Origin: Escherichia phage vB_EcoM_VR26
Sequence record: NC_028957.1
Strand: one strand, 5' to 3'
Length of the DNA stretch: 64,000 bases
The translations under genes and the position numbers were made by a program. The notes below the pieces were generated by a model. It saw only the letters and a list, made by a program, of their open reading frames with translations. It was not told the origin of the DNA and did no database searches. Positions within the stretch are counted from its first letter, which is position 1; each line of letters starts with the position of its first letter. Shown here piece after piece: positions 33,952 to 43,752 of this stretch.

Positions 33952-34034
33952 TAAATTAGGGGATGAAAGTCCCCTTATCTATTATGGTTGAGTGTAATTG
34001 CTTAACGAAATAGCTTAGACCCATTATACCGTGT

Positions 34035-34042
34035 TATAAATA
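34035..34042 (+). promoter_or_regulatory. late-promoter motif TATAAATA in the 18-19 intergenic region
   Basis: Exact TATAAATA about 115 nt upstream of the HNH ORF. Confidence 0.45.
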
Positions 34043-34157
34043 AAAGCATAAGGCTCCTATAAACGATTATAGAGCACGCAACCTTTAAGTAAGGTGTTTA
34101 TACATAACACGGATAAAATCGTCCCAGAATCGTTCTGGTGTGTGATTTGAGGCTACT

Positions 34158-34841
34158 ATGATAGTAAGTGATAAACAACTCGTTAATGTAACAAACAGAA
34201 ATGTGACAAATTTGCGTGAGCAAGGTTATGACGTTTTAATCGGAACAAAACATTTGGTGAAAATCGAGCATTTAGGTAAGCGAACTAAAATCGATTGCAA
34301 ATGTGATAAATGTGGTGATGAATACACTGTCACCCAAGATAAAATAAACGAAATCAATATCCAATTCTGCAAAAGCCATAGATGGGAAATTTATTCGGAT
34401 TTGCGTAAAGAATTTTGGAACACACCGGATGGACTAAAAATTCGAAAATCTAAAGGTGCAAAAATCTCCAAAGCCAAAAAGGGTATTCCTTGTATAAATA
34501 CACGCGGGGAATTAAATGGACGATATAATCCGAGATTACGAGAATTTAAACGGTATGCATATGCAGTTCGACAATTCACCGCGTTAAATTTTAAATCTGA
34601 AGTCGAAAATCTCCCAAATTTTGAAAAGACCGGGCGGGCTGGAATTGACGGTGCATATCAGTTAGACCACAAGGTTTCCATTAAATATGGATTTGAAAAT
34701 AATATAGACCCCTCAATCATTGGACATATTTTAAATCTTGAAATGATTCCGTGGGAATTGAATCGAGCAAAGGATATAAATAATAGTATATCAATTCTCG
34801 ATTTACAAAAATATATAGAAAATTATCATAGGAAACAATAA
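34158..34841 (+). CDS. HNH homing endonuclease (Mob-like)
   Basis: C-terminal DHKVSIKYGFENNIDPSIIGHILNLEMIPWELNRAKD HNH motif; Cys cluster CKCDKCG; inserted between 18 and 19. Confidence 0.75.
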   Translation: MIVSDKQLVNVTNRNVTNLREQGYDVLIGTKHLVKIEHLGKRTKIDCKCDKCGDEYTVTQDKINEINIQFCKSHRWEIYSDLRKEFWNTPDGLKIRKSKGAKISKAKKGIPCINTRGELNGRYNPRLREFKRYAYAVRQFTALNFKSEVENLPNFEKTGRAGIDGAYQLDHKVSIKYGFENNIDPSIIGHILNLEMIPWELNRAKDINNSISILDLQKYIENYHRKQ

Positions 34842-34844
34842 CTT

Positions 34845-35336
34845 ATGGAACTTACAGATATCACCAGAGCCTTCGAGTCGGGTGACTTTGCTCGCCCTAA
34901 CCTGTTCGAAGTCGAAATCCCATTCCTGGGTAAAAACTTTGCTTTCCATTGTAAAGCAGCCCCGATGCCAGCAGGCATTGTAGAAAAAGTACCAGTTGGT
35001 TACATGAACCGTAAAATCAACGTTGCGGGAGACCGTACATTTGATGACTGGACTATTACGATTTATAACGACGATGCTCATAAAGTTCGTCAAGCAATTG
35101 TTGATTGGCAAAATATGTGTCACGGTATGACCAACGAAATTACCGGTGCAGCTCCTGCTGATTATAAGAAAACCGCTACTGTTCGCCAGTTCCATCGTGA
35201 TGGCAAGACCGTTACTAAAGAAGTTGTTATCACCGGCATGTGGCCAACTAACGTTGGGGAAGTCCAGATGGATTGGGACAGTAATAATGAGATTGAGACA
35301 TTTGAAACAACGTTTGCAATTGACTGGTGGGAATAA
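34845..35336 (+). CDS. 19: gp19 tail tube protein
   Basis: 163 aa, same length as T4 gp19. Confidence 0.95.
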   Translation: MELTDITRAFESGDFARPNLFEVEIPFLGKNFAFHCKAAPMPAGIVEKVPVGYMNRKINVAGDRTFDDWTITIYNDDAHKVRQAIVDWQNMCHGMTNEITGAAPADYKKTATVRQFHRDGKTVTKEVVITGMWPTNVGEVQMDWDSNNEIETFETTFAIDWWE

Positions 35337-35337
35337 G

Positions 35338-35345
35338 TATAAATA
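35338..35345 (+). promoter_or_regulatory. late promoter TATAAATA for gene 20
   Basis: Exact TATAAATA just after the gene 19 stop. Confidence 0.6.
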
Positions 35346-35353
35346 AAGTTATT

Positions 35354-35371
35354 ATGAGGCTTCGGCCTCAT
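35354..35371 (+). other. hairpin in the gene 20 leader
   Basis: ATGAGGC TTCG GCCTCAT; only two T follow and it lies downstream of the late promoter motif, so probably a leader structure rather than a terminator. Confidence 0.35.
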
Positions 35372-35393
35372 TTCCCAAACTTCGGAGACTCTA

Positions 35394-36968
35394 ATGGCAG
35401 GTTTTAATACAATACTAAATTTTCTTAAGCCTTGGGCTAAAGAAGATGAACAAGAATATAAGCAACAAGAAAAAAATAATTTAGAGTCAATGACCGGGCC
35501 GAAGTTTGATGATGGGGCTCGCGAAATTGAGTCACAAGAACAAAACGTCCCGTATAATGCATTGATGCAACAGATGTTCGGGAGCAACGAACCGGAAGTA
35601 AAAAACACCAGGGAATTAATTGACACATACCGCAACCTACTAAATAATTATGAAGTTGATAACGCGGTTCAAGAGATTGTGTCTGATGCCATCGTATTTG
35701 AAGACGGCAAAGATGTTGTAGCTCTTAACCTTGATGCTACCGAATTTAGTCAGAAAATTAAAGACCGAATTCTTGAAGAATTCTCGGAAGTTAATAACCT
35801 CCTTAATTTCGAGCGTAAAGGTTCTGACCACTTTAAACGTTGGTATGTGGATTCTCGAATTTTCTTCCACAAAATTATCAACCCTTCAAAACTTAAAGAA
35901 GGCGTTCAAGAACTTCGTCGCCTTGACCCAAGACAAATCCAGTTCATCCGCGAAATCGTTACACGCATGGAAAATGGTACGAAAATTGTTGACGGTTACA
36001 GAGAATATTTTGTATACGATACAGGTCATGAAAGTTATTGTGCCGATGGTCGTATATATGAAGCGGGTACTAAAATAAAAATTCCTCGTGCGGCAATTGT
36101 ATATGCGCATTCCGGATTACTTGATTGCTGCGGTAAGAATATCATTGGATACCTGCAACGAGCAATCAAACCTGCAAACCAATTAAAACTATTAGAAGAT
36201 GCTTTAGTCATTTATCGTATAACTCGTGCTCCAGACCGCCGAGTCTTTTATATCGATACTGGGAATATGCCGTCTCGTAAAGCAGCAGCACATATGCAAC
36301 ATATTATGAACACGATGAAAAACCGTGTCGTATATGATGCAACTACGGGTAAAATCAAAAACCAACAGCACAATATGTCAATGACAGAAGACTATTGGTT
36401 GCAACGTCGTGACGGTAAAGCAGTCACCGAAGTTGATACTCTCCCAGGTGCACAAGGCATGTCGGATATGGACGATGTTCGCTGGTTTAAGAACAACCTA
36501 TATCAGGCTCTCAGAATTCCATTATCTCGTATCCCTAATGACCAGAACAGCGGCGTTATGTTTGATGCGGGGGCGACAATTACTCGCGATGAATTGAATT
36601 TCTCTAAATGGATTAGACAACTACAGAATAAATTTGAAGAAGTTTTCCTCGACCCGCTTAAAACCAACCTTATCCTGAAAAAAGTTATTTCAGAAGAGGA
36701 ATGGGACAAGGAACTAAATAATATTAAAGTTACGTTCAACCGTGATAGCTATTTCACCGAAATGAAAGATGCAGAAATCATGGAACGCAGAATCAATATG
36801 CTAACGATGGCTGAACCGTTTATCGGTAAATATATTTCGCATCAAACGGCTATGAAGGATTTCCTCCAGATGTCTGATGAAGAAATTAATCAAGAAGCTA
36901 AGCAAATTGAATTGGAGTCCAAAGAGGCTCGTTTCCAAAACCCTGAAGAAGAAGAAGAGGATTTCTAA
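35394..36968 (+). CDS. 20: gp20 portal vertex protein
   Basis: 524 aa, same length as T4 gp20. Confidence 0.95.
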   Translation: MAGFNTILNFLKPWAKEDEQEYKQQEKNNLESMTGPKFDDGAREIESQEQNVPYNALMQQMFGSNEPEVKNTRELIDTYRNLLNNYEVDNAVQEIVSDAIVFEDGKDVVALNLDATEFSQKIKDRILEEFSEVNNLLNFERKGSDHFKRWYVDSRIFFHKIINPSKLKEGVQELRRLDPRQIQFIREIVTRMENGTKIVDGYREYFVYDTGHESYCADGRIYEAGTKIKIPRAAIVYAHSGLLDCCGKNIIGYLQRAIKPANQLKLLEDALVIYRITRAPDRRVFYIDTGNMPSRKAAAHMQHIMNTMKNRVVYDATTGKIKNQQHNMSMTEDYWLQRRDGKAVTEVDTLPGAQGMSDMDDVRWFKNNLYQALRIPLSRIPNDQNSGVMFDAGATITRDELNFSKWIRQLQNKFEEVFLDPLKTNLILKKVISEEEWDKELNNIKVTFNRDSYFTEMKDAEIMERRINMLTMAEPFIGKYISHQTAMKDFLQMSDEEINQEAKQIELESKEARFQNPEEEEEDF

Positions 36969-37231
36969 TGGATGATTTATTTGAAGCCATTAAATCAAAC
37001 GACCTCGTAGCCGTTCGCAAATATTTTGCTGAAAACATTGGCCCAGTATGCGGTAGTTTGATTCAAGAACGTAAGATTGAAATTGCACGTTCCATCATGA
37101 TTGAAGGCGAAGAGCCTAAAGAAGATGATGAAGACGATAAAGATACCAAGGACGAGAAGAAAGATAAAAAAGATTCTGACGATGCCGATGAAGGCGACGA
37201 TGATGATGAAGACGATGAGGACGACGAATAA
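36968..37231 (+). CDS. 67: gp67 prohead core protein
   Basis: 87 aa, acidic C-terminal tail; synteny. Confidence 0.8.
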   Translation: MDDLFEAIKSNDLVAVRKYFAENIGPVCGSLIQERKIEIARSIMIEGEEPKEDDEDDKDTKDEKKDKKDSDDADEGDDDDEDDEDDE

Positions 37232-37659
37232 TGCTTATTCTCCCTGAAGGTTACGAATTAACTCTTGAAAATATCGAAAGTATTTCAGAAGCAGCTCAGG
37301 GACAATTTGACTCATTATCCGAAGCCTTAGAAACGGACGATATAAATATTATTGTAGAAAACATGTTTGCCAACGGTGAGATTGAAAAAGCAATCGTTAT
37401 CGGTGCCCTGAATGAAGATATTCAGCTTGACGAATTTATCGTTAAACATGTATCGTCCCGCGGTGAATTAACCCGCACAAAAGACCGTGCTACTCGTAGC
37501 CGTAACGCTTTCCAGACAACCGGTCTTTCTAAAGCAAAACGTCGTCAAATTGCCCGTAAAGCTACTAAAACCAAACGTGCAAACCCATCAACGCAAATCA
37601 GAGCAGAGCGCAAGCGCAAAAAAGCTCGAGCTAAGCGTAAAGCATTCGGACTGAATTAA
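37231..37659 (+). CDS. 68: gp68 prohead core protein
   Basis: 142 aa, basic C-terminus; synteny. Confidence 0.8.
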   Translation: MLILPEGYELTLENIESISEAAQGQFDSLSEALETDDINIIVENMFANGEIEKAIVIGALNEDIQLDEFIVKHVSSRGELTRTKDRATRSRNAFQTTGLSKAKRRQIARKATKTKRANPSTQIRAERKRKKARAKRKAFGLN

Positions 37660-38297
37660 TGGAACAGAAACCAGAGTTACTAATCGAACACTGGGGTCAA
37701 CCGGGCGAAATTAAAGATGGTGTACCGATGCTGGAATCACATGATGGTTCTGGCAGCGGTTTAAAACCAGGGCTTTATATTGAAGGGATTTTCCTACAAG
37801 CTGAAGTTGTCAACCGTAATAAACGACTTTATCCTAAACATATTTTGGAAAAAGCCGTTGCGGATTATATCGCCGAACAGGTTGAAACCAAGCAGTCACT
37901 TGGAGAATTAAACCATCCGCCCCGTGCGAACGTCGACCCTATGCAAGCCGCAATTATTATTGAAGAAATGTGGTGGAAAGGAAATGATGTATATGGACGT
38001 GCACGAATTATTGAAGGCGACCATGGCCCAGGTGATAAACTTGCCGCAAATATAAGAGCAGGTTGGATTCCGGGTGTATCTAGTCGTGGACTTGGTTCCT
38101 TGACTAAATCAGCCAAAGGTTATAGTATCGTCAACGAAGGTTTTAAATTGACGGTTGGAGTGGATGCAGTATGGGGGCCGAGTGCTCCGGACGCTTGGGT
38201 CAAACCGAAGCAGATTACAGAATCACAAACGGCAGTTGCCGATACCAGTGCCGATGACGCCTTTATGGCTCTCGCAGAGGCTTTAAAGACGTTATAA
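37659..38297 (+). CDS. 21: gp21 prohead core scaffold and protease
   Basis: 212 aa, same length as T4 gp21. Confidence 0.9.
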   Translation: MEQKPELLIEHWGQPGEIKDGVPMLESHDGSGSGLKPGLYIEGIFLQAEVVNRNKRLYPKHILEKAVADYIAEQVETKQSLGELNHPPRANVDPMQAAIIIEEMWWKGNDVYGRARIIEGDHGPGDKLAANIRAGWIPGVSSRGLGSLTKSAKGYSIVNEGFKLTVGVDAVWGPSAPDAWVKPKQITESQTAVADTSADDAFMALAEALKTL

Positions 38298-38300
38298 ATA
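38293..38300 (+). promoter_or_regulatory. late promoter TATAAATA for gene 22
   Basis: Exact TATAAATA overlapping the gene 21 stop. Confidence 0.6.
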
Positions 38301-38329
38301 AATGTATATCTTAACAACAGGACTACAAA

Positions 38330-39148
38330 ATGCTTAAAGAACAACTCATCGCCGAAGCTCAGACCATCGATGCTTCCGTTGCTCTTGATAGTATTTTCGA
38401 ATCAGTTAATTTGTCCCCGGAAGCGAAAGCTACCTTCGGCACTGTATTCGAAGCTACCGTCAAGCAACACGCCGTTAAACTGGCAGAAATGCACATTCAG
38501 AAAATTGCTGAAAAAGCAGAAGAAGAAGTAGAAAAGAATAAAGAAGAATCTGACGAAAAAGCAGAGAAAAAACTGAAAGAATCCGCAGCTAAATTCCTTG
38601 ACCACGTTGCTAAAGAGTGGCTGGCAGAAAATAAACTGGCTGTTGACCGTGGTATTAAAGCTGACCTGTTCGAATCCATGTTTACTGGCATGAAAGAACT
38701 GTTTGTTGAGCACAACGTTGTTGTTCCAGAAGACTCTGTTGATGTTGTTGCAGAAATGCAGGAAGAACTGGAAGAGCAAAAAGCTGAAACCGCTAGTCTG
38801 TTCGAAGAAGTTTCTAAGCGTGATGCTTATATCAATTATGTCCAGCGCGAAGTTGCGTTGACTGAAGCGACCAAAGACCTGACCGAATCTCAGAAAGAAA
38901 AAGTTGGTTCTCTGGTAGAAGGTATGGATTATTCCGATGCGTTCGGTACCAAAATTGGCGCTATCGTTGAAATGGTTAAAGGTCAGGTAGACACCGCCGA
39001 AAAACCTATCACCGAAGCAGCTATAAATAATTCTGTAGACGATGCTGCGGCACTGAATTACATCTCAGAAGCAGTTGAAGAAAAAGGCGCCAAGCCTACC
39101 CTGTCCTTCGCGGACTTGTCTGCTCTCGCAGCATCACGAATTTCTTAA
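38330..39148 (+). CDS. 22: gp22 prohead core scaffold protein
   Basis: 272 aa, acidic coiled-coil; synteny. Confidence 0.9.
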   Translation: MLKEQLIAEAQTIDASVALDSIFESVNLSPEAKATFGTVFEATVKQHAVKLAEMHIQKIAEKAEEEVEKNKEESDEKAEKKLKESAAKFLDHVAKEWLAENKLAVDRGIKADLFESMFTGMKELFVEHNVVVPEDSVDVVAEMQEELEEQKAETASLFEEVSKRDAYINYVQREVALTEATKDLTESQKEKVGSLVEGMDYSDAFGTKIGAIVEMVKGQVDTAEKPITEAAINNSVDDAAALNYISEAVEEKGAKPTLSFADLSALAASRIS

Positions 39149-39169
39149 TTTAATAAGGTTATACAACAC

Positions 39170-40729
39170 ATGAAAAAGAATGCATTAGTTCAAAAATGGT
39201 CCGCTCTGCTGGAAAACGAAGCTCTTCCTGAAATCGTTGGTGCTTCTAAACAAGCTATCATCGCTAAAATCTTTGAAAACCAGGAACAAGATATCCTGAC
39301 CGCTCCTGAATACCGTGACGAAAAAATCTCCGAAGCATTTGGTTCTTTCCTGACTGAAGCTGAAATCGGTGGTGACCATGGTTATGATGCTACCAATATC
39401 GCGGCTGGCCAGACCTCTGGTGCAGTAACTCAGATTGGGCCGGCAGTTATGGGTATGGTTCGTCGTGCTATCCCACATCTGATTGCGTTTGATATTTGTG
39501 GCGTACAGCCTCTGAACAACCCGACTGGCCAGGTATTTGCCCTGCGTGCAGTTTACGGTAAAGACCCTGTAGCTGCTGGTGCTAAAGAAGCTTTCCACCC
39601 GATGTATGCTCCGAACGCTATGTTCTCCGGTCAGGGCGCTGCTGAAGCTTTCGAAGCTCTGGCTGCAAGCAAAGTTCTTACCGTTGGTAAAATTTATTCT
39701 CACTTCTTCGAAGCAACCGGTTCCGCACACTACCAGGCTGTTGAAGCTGTAACCGTTGATGCCGCCGCTACTGATGCTGCTAAACTTGACGCTGAAGTTA
39801 CCAAACTGCTCGAAGCTGGTAAGCTGGCAGAAATCGCTGAAGGTATGGCTACCTCTATCGCCGAACTGCAGGAAGGTTTCAACGGTTCTCAGGATAACCC
39901 GTGGAACGAAATGGGCTTCCGCATCGATAAACAAGTTATCGAAGCTAAATCCCGTCAGCTGAAAGCAAGCTACTCTATCGAACTGGCACAGGACCTGCGC
40001 GCTGTTCACGGTATGGATGCTGATGCCGAATTGAGTGGTATTCTGGCTACTGAAATTATGCTGGAAATCAACCGCGAAGTTATCGATTGGATTAACTACT
40101 CCGCACAGGTTGGTAAATCTGGTATGACCAACACCGTTGGCGCTAAAGCTGGTGTGTTTGACTTCCAGGACCCAATTGATATCCGTGGCGCTCGTTGGGC
40201 TGGTGAAAGCTTCAAAGCTTTACTGTTCCAGATTGATAAAGAAGCCGCTGAAATCGCTCGTCAGACCGGTCGTGGTGCAGGTAACTTCATCATCGCTTCC
40301 CGTAACGTAGTTAACGTACTGGCTGCAGTTGATACCTCCGTATCTTATGCTGCTCAGGGTCTGGGTAAAGGTTTCAACGTTGACACCACTAAAGCTGTGT
40401 TCGCTGGTGTTCTGGGTGGCAAATACCGTGTCTATATCGACCAGTATGCTCGCGCAGATTACTTCACCATCGGTTACAAAGGCGCTAACGAAATGGATGC
40501 TGGTATCTACTACGCACCATATGTTGCACTGACCCCGCTGCGTGGCTCTGACCCGAAAAACTTCCAGCCAGTTATGGGCTTCAAAACCCGTTACGGTATC
40601 GGTATTAACCCGTTCGCTGACCCGGCAGCTCAGGCTCCGACCAAGCGTATTCAAAACGGCATGCCGGACATCGTTAACAGCCTCGGCTTGAACGGTTACT
40701 TCCGCCGCGTATATGTTAAAGGAATTTAA
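39170..40729 (+). CDS. 23: gp23 major capsid protein
   Basis: 519 aa; long identical stretches to T4 gp23 as recalled, e.g. GDHGY.ATNIAAGQTSGAVTQIGPAVMGMVRRAIP and YFRRVYVKGI. Confidence 0.97.
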   Translation: MKKNALVQKWSALLENEALPEIVGASKQAIIAKIFENQEQDILTAPEYRDEKISEAFGSFLTEAEIGGDHGYDATNIAAGQTSGAVTQIGPAVMGMVRRAIPHLIAFDICGVQPLNNPTGQVFALRAVYGKDPVAAGAKEAFHPMYAPNAMFSGQGAAEAFEALAASKVLTVGKIYSHFFEATGSAHYQAVEAVTVDAAATDAAKLDAEVTKLLEAGKLAEIAEGMATSIAELQEGFNGSQDNPWNEMGFRIDKQVIEAKSRQLKASYSIELAQDLRAVHGMDADAELSGILATEIMLEINREVIDWINYSAQVGKSGMTNTVGAKAGVFDFQDPIDIRGARWAGESFKALLFQIDKEAAEIARQTGRGAGNFIIASRNVVNVLAAVDTSVSYAAQGLGKGFNVDTTKAVFAGVLGGKYRVYIDQYARADYFTIGYKGANEMDAGIYYAPYVALTPLRGSDPKNFQPVMGFKTRYGIGINPFADPAAQAPTKRIQNGMPDIVNSLGLNGYFRRVYVKGI

Positions 40730-40750
40730 TCTTAGATTAAGTTAAATAAA

Positions 40751-40780
40751 AAGGGACCCTTGAGGTCCCTTTCTTGTTTT
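40751..40780 (+). terminator. rho-independent terminator after gene 23
   Basis: GGGACC CTTGA GGTCCC followed by a T-rich run. Confidence 0.7.
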
Positions 40781-41073
40781 CATACCATACCATTTAAATG
40801 AACTTCTACCCGGCGCTTGATGAGGTCTCTGAAATTAACACTGTTCTCTTGAAGTTTCAACCAGTTACCCGATTTGTCTCTGGTGTGAGTAGAATAATTA
40901 CCATTCCACCAAAAATCAGTGTCATATGCTAAGTTTTCATATTTTTTAACTAGTTTGTTCAGAGCATTACCATTAACACCATTTGGGTATTTGTTGACCA
41001 ATGCAACAACTTCAATTTCCAGATTTTTAAAGGTATTCCGAAGGAAAGATACTTTGTTCATTTTAGACTCCAT
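40780..41073 (-). CDS. hypothetical protein, early gene inserted between 23 and 24
   Basis: 97-aa reverse-strand ORF with its own early-promoter element; the in-frame ATG at 41061 has the better SD (GGAG). Confidence 0.5.
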   Translation of the reverse strand: MESKMNKVSFLRNTFKNLEIEVVALVNKYPNGVNGNALNKLVKKYENLAYDTDFWWNGNYSTHTRDKSGNWLKLQENSVNFRDLIKRRVEVHLNGMV

Positions 41074-41078
41074 TGTTT

Positions 41079-41127
41079 GGTAACTCAGTATGAAATCATT
41101 ATGTCTTATCTTAATCGGGTTGTAAAC
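41079..41127 (-). promoter_or_regulatory. early-promoter element with conserved leader
   Basis: Reverse strand reads GTTTAC, 18 nt, CATAAT, then GATTTCATACTGAGTTACCAAA. Confidence 0.55.
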
Positions 41128-41133
41128 AACTTT

Positions 41134-41141
41134 TATAAATA
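41134..41141 (+). promoter_or_regulatory. late promoter TATAAATA for gene 24
   Basis: Exact TATAAATA about 27 nt upstream of the gene 24 ATG. Confidence 0.65.
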
Positions 41142-41167
41142 AAGTATATCACAAAAGGAAAGCGCAA

Positions 41168-42448
41168 ATGGCAAAGATTAACAAATTACTGCGCGAGTCA
41201 ACTACCACTACCAGCAACTCCTTGGGCCGCCCGAATCTTGTTGCTTTGACCCGTGCTACAACCAAATTGATTTACCGCGATATTATCGCTGAACAACGTA
41301 CTAACCAGCCAGTTGCTGCGCTGTACGGTGTTAAATATCTTACTCCTGATAATGAATTCAGTTTCCAGACTGGTGCTACTTATGGTGGTGAAGTTGGTTC
41401 TAAAGACCGTGAAACAATTCCGGAATTTACAACCCCAACTCAGGCCGTAGCTAAAGGTGGATACATTAAATTCCAGAATATCGTTTATAAAGCTCTGGTT
41501 GATAATCCATTTGCATCGACCACAGAAACAGTGTTATCTGATGTTCTGCAAGAAGGTCTTGTTGCATTAACTATTCGTTTAGTTCCTGATGCTGCACACA
41601 CCGAAAAATTTGAAGCTGGTGATGTTGAAATTAGTAACGCCGTGTTCCAGGTTAATAAATGGAATGCTCCTGTTAAATCCCGTAAATTGAAAACTGCATT
41701 AACTGTTGAGCTTGCTCAGGATATGGAAGCAAATGGCTTTAATGCTCCTGCATTCCTGGAAGACCTGCTTGCTACTATTATGGCAGATGAAATTAACAAA
41801 GATGTTCTTCAGTCTCTTATTACCGTTTCCAAGCGTTATAAAGTAACTGGCGTTTCTGACAATGGCACCATCGATTTAACATATGATGCAGCTCCAGAAG
41901 GTGCACGTAAACTGTACGAACTGGTTTGTGAAATGAACTCTGAAATTCAGAAAACTACATCTTACTCTGGTACATTCGTTGTTGCCTCAAGTCGTGTGGC
42001 TGCGATGCTCGCCGGTTCCGGTTGGTTGAAACATAAACCTGAAGATGAACAATGGCTCCCGGAAACCGCGTATGGTTATTTGATTAATGGTCTTCCTGTA
42101 TTCTGTGATGTTAACAGCCCATTGGATTATGTGACTGTTGGTGTTAAAGAGAATTATGGTGGTAACGAGGTCGTGGGCTCAATTTTCTATGCTCCTTATA
42201 CAGAAGGCCTGGACTTAGATGATGAAGAGCATGTAGGCGCGTTTAAGGTCATTGTGGACCCAGACAGCTTGCAGCCATCTATCTCCCTGATGGTTCGATA
42301 TGCACTTTCAGCTAACCCTTACACCGTTGCTAAAGACGACAAAGAAGCTCGTATTATCGATGCAACTAATATGGATTTAATGGCTGGCCAGAGCAACATG
42401 TCTTATCTGCTCGGTGTTAAACTTCCACCAATCATTTATGAGGCGTAA
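41168..42448 (+). CDS. 24: gp24 capsid vertex protein
   Basis: 426 aa; N-terminus MAKINKLLRESTTTTSNSLGRPNLVALTRATTKLIY close to T4 gp24. Confidence 0.9.
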   Translation: MAKINKLLRESTTTTSNSLGRPNLVALTRATTKLIYRDIIAEQRTNQPVAALYGVKYLTPDNEFSFQTGATYGGEVGSKDRETIPEFTTPTQAVAKGGYIKFQNIVYKALVDNPFASTTETVLSDVLQEGLVALTIRLVPDAAHTEKFEAGDVEISNAVFQVNKWNAPVKSRKLKTALTVELAQDMEANGFNAPAFLEDLLATIMADEINKDVLQSLITVSKRYKVTGVSDNGTIDLTYDAAPEGARKLYELVCEMNSEIQKTTSYSGTFVVASSRVAAMLAGSGWLKHKPEDEQWLPETAYGYLINGLPVFCDVNSPLDYVTVGVKENYGGNEVVGSIFYAPYTEGLDLDDEEHVGAFKVIVDPDSLQPSISLMVRYALSANPYTVAKDDKEARIIDATNMDLMAGQSNMSYLLGVKLPPIIYEA

Positions 42449-43732
42449 ATGCAAAAGATTAACGCACTAATTCACGAATCAACATTAACGGCGGCCAACC
42501 AGGTCGCCCGTCCTAATTTGCTTTCTTATACTCGAGCTACGAATAAACGAATTTTTAAAGCTCTCGTGGCCGAACAGAAAACTACTCAGCCAGTTGCAGC
42601 GCTGTATGGCGTTCGTGTTCTGAACCCAGATGATAAAATGACTTATCTTGGTGGAGCAACGTTTGCCGGTCAAATTGGTATGTTCGAGCGTAAGAATATT
42701 CCAGAATTTACGAACAAAGACGAAGCTTATGCAGTCGGCGATATGTTCCAGTTTGAAAGCATTGTATTCAAAGCTTTGGAAGCTTCTCCTTTTGCCGGGA
42801 CCCTCGAAACTGATTTGGGTGAAGTTATTTCTGAAGCCATTGCGGCTGGCCATATAAGAATGATGTCAGATGCGGCTTTCACTGATAAATTTGAACAAGG
42901 ACATCCTGAAATTGCTGAAGCCGGTTTCCGTATCGATAAATGGCAGACTGAAGTTAAATCCAGAAAACTGAAAACCTCTTTAACCGTTGAGCTTGCGCAA
43001 GACCTGGAAGCAAATGGTTTCGACGCAACAGATTTTATTGATAATATCCTTGGCATTCAAATGGCAGAGGAAATTAATAAGGACGTACTGCAATCTTTAA
43101 TTACCGTAAGTTCACGTTTTAAAGTCCAGGGTGTTTCCGAAAAAGGTGTACTTAATCTTACTGATGCCGCTTATGATAATGCTCAGGACCGTGCTCGAAC
43201 TCTGTATTATTATATGTGCGAAATGAATTCCGCAGTTCAACGTCAGACTTCGTTCGCTGGTACATATGCAGTCGCTTCTTCCCGTTGTGCAGCTATTTTA
43301 GCCGCTTCTGGCTGGGTTGAGAAAAAGGAAGACCAAGATGAATTGGCCTATGGTGTTCTGAAGAACGGTTTGCCACTTTATGCAGATATGAATAGCCCGT
43401 GCGATTATGTTATTGTTGGTGTAAATGCTGATATGGGTGAAGGCCAGACGGTCGCATCTTTGTATTATGCGCCTTATACGGAAGGTCTTAGTGAAGTTGA
43501 TGATGAGGGTGACACCTCGGTTGGGGAATTCAAGGTTATTGTTGACCCTGAAAGTTTACAGCCTACAGTTGCATTGTTAGCTCGTTATGCACTGACTGCG
43601 AACCCTTATACCGTTGCTAAAGACGATAAAGAAGCTCGCATTATTGATGGGGCTGATATGGATAAGATGGCTAACCAAAGTCAATTGAGTTCTTATCTTG
43701 GTGTTAAACTTCCACCACTGGAAAAAGAATAA
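42449..43732 (+). CDS. gp24 paralog, second vertex-protein homolog
   Basis: 427 aa; clearly homologous to the upstream gp24 (shared RPNL...TRAT, KSRKLKT.LTVELAQD.EANGF, ANPYTVAKDDKEARIID) but diverged. Confidence 0.85.
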   Translation: MQKINALIHESTLTAANQVARPNLLSYTRATNKRIFKALVAEQKTTQPVAALYGVRVLNPDDKMTYLGGATFAGQIGMFERKNIPEFTNKDEAYAVGDMFQFESIVFKALEASPFAGTLETDLGEVISEAIAAGHIRMMSDAAFTDKFEQGHPEIAEAGFRIDKWQTEVKSRKLKTSLTVELAQDLEANGFDATDFIDNILGIQMAEEINKDVLQSLITVSSRFKVQGVSEKGVLNLTDAAYDNAQDRARTLYYYMCEMNSAVQRQTSFAGTYAVASSRCAAILAASGWVEKKEDQDELAYGVLKNGLPLYADMNSPCDYVIVGVNADMGEGQTVASLYYAPYTEGLSEVDDEGDTSVGEFKVIVDPESLQPTVALLARYALTANPYTVAKDDKEARIIDGADMDKMANQSQLSSYLGVKLPPLEKE

Positions 43733-43752
43733 GGGCCTTGCGGCCCTTTTTA
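43731..43752 (+). terminator. rho-independent terminator after the gp24 paralog
   Basis: GGGCC TTGC GGCCC followed by TTTTT. Confidence 0.7.

Noticed and set aside
39185-40009. 274-aa reverse-strand ORF inside gene 23
   Set aside because: Antisense to the major capsid gene; spurious
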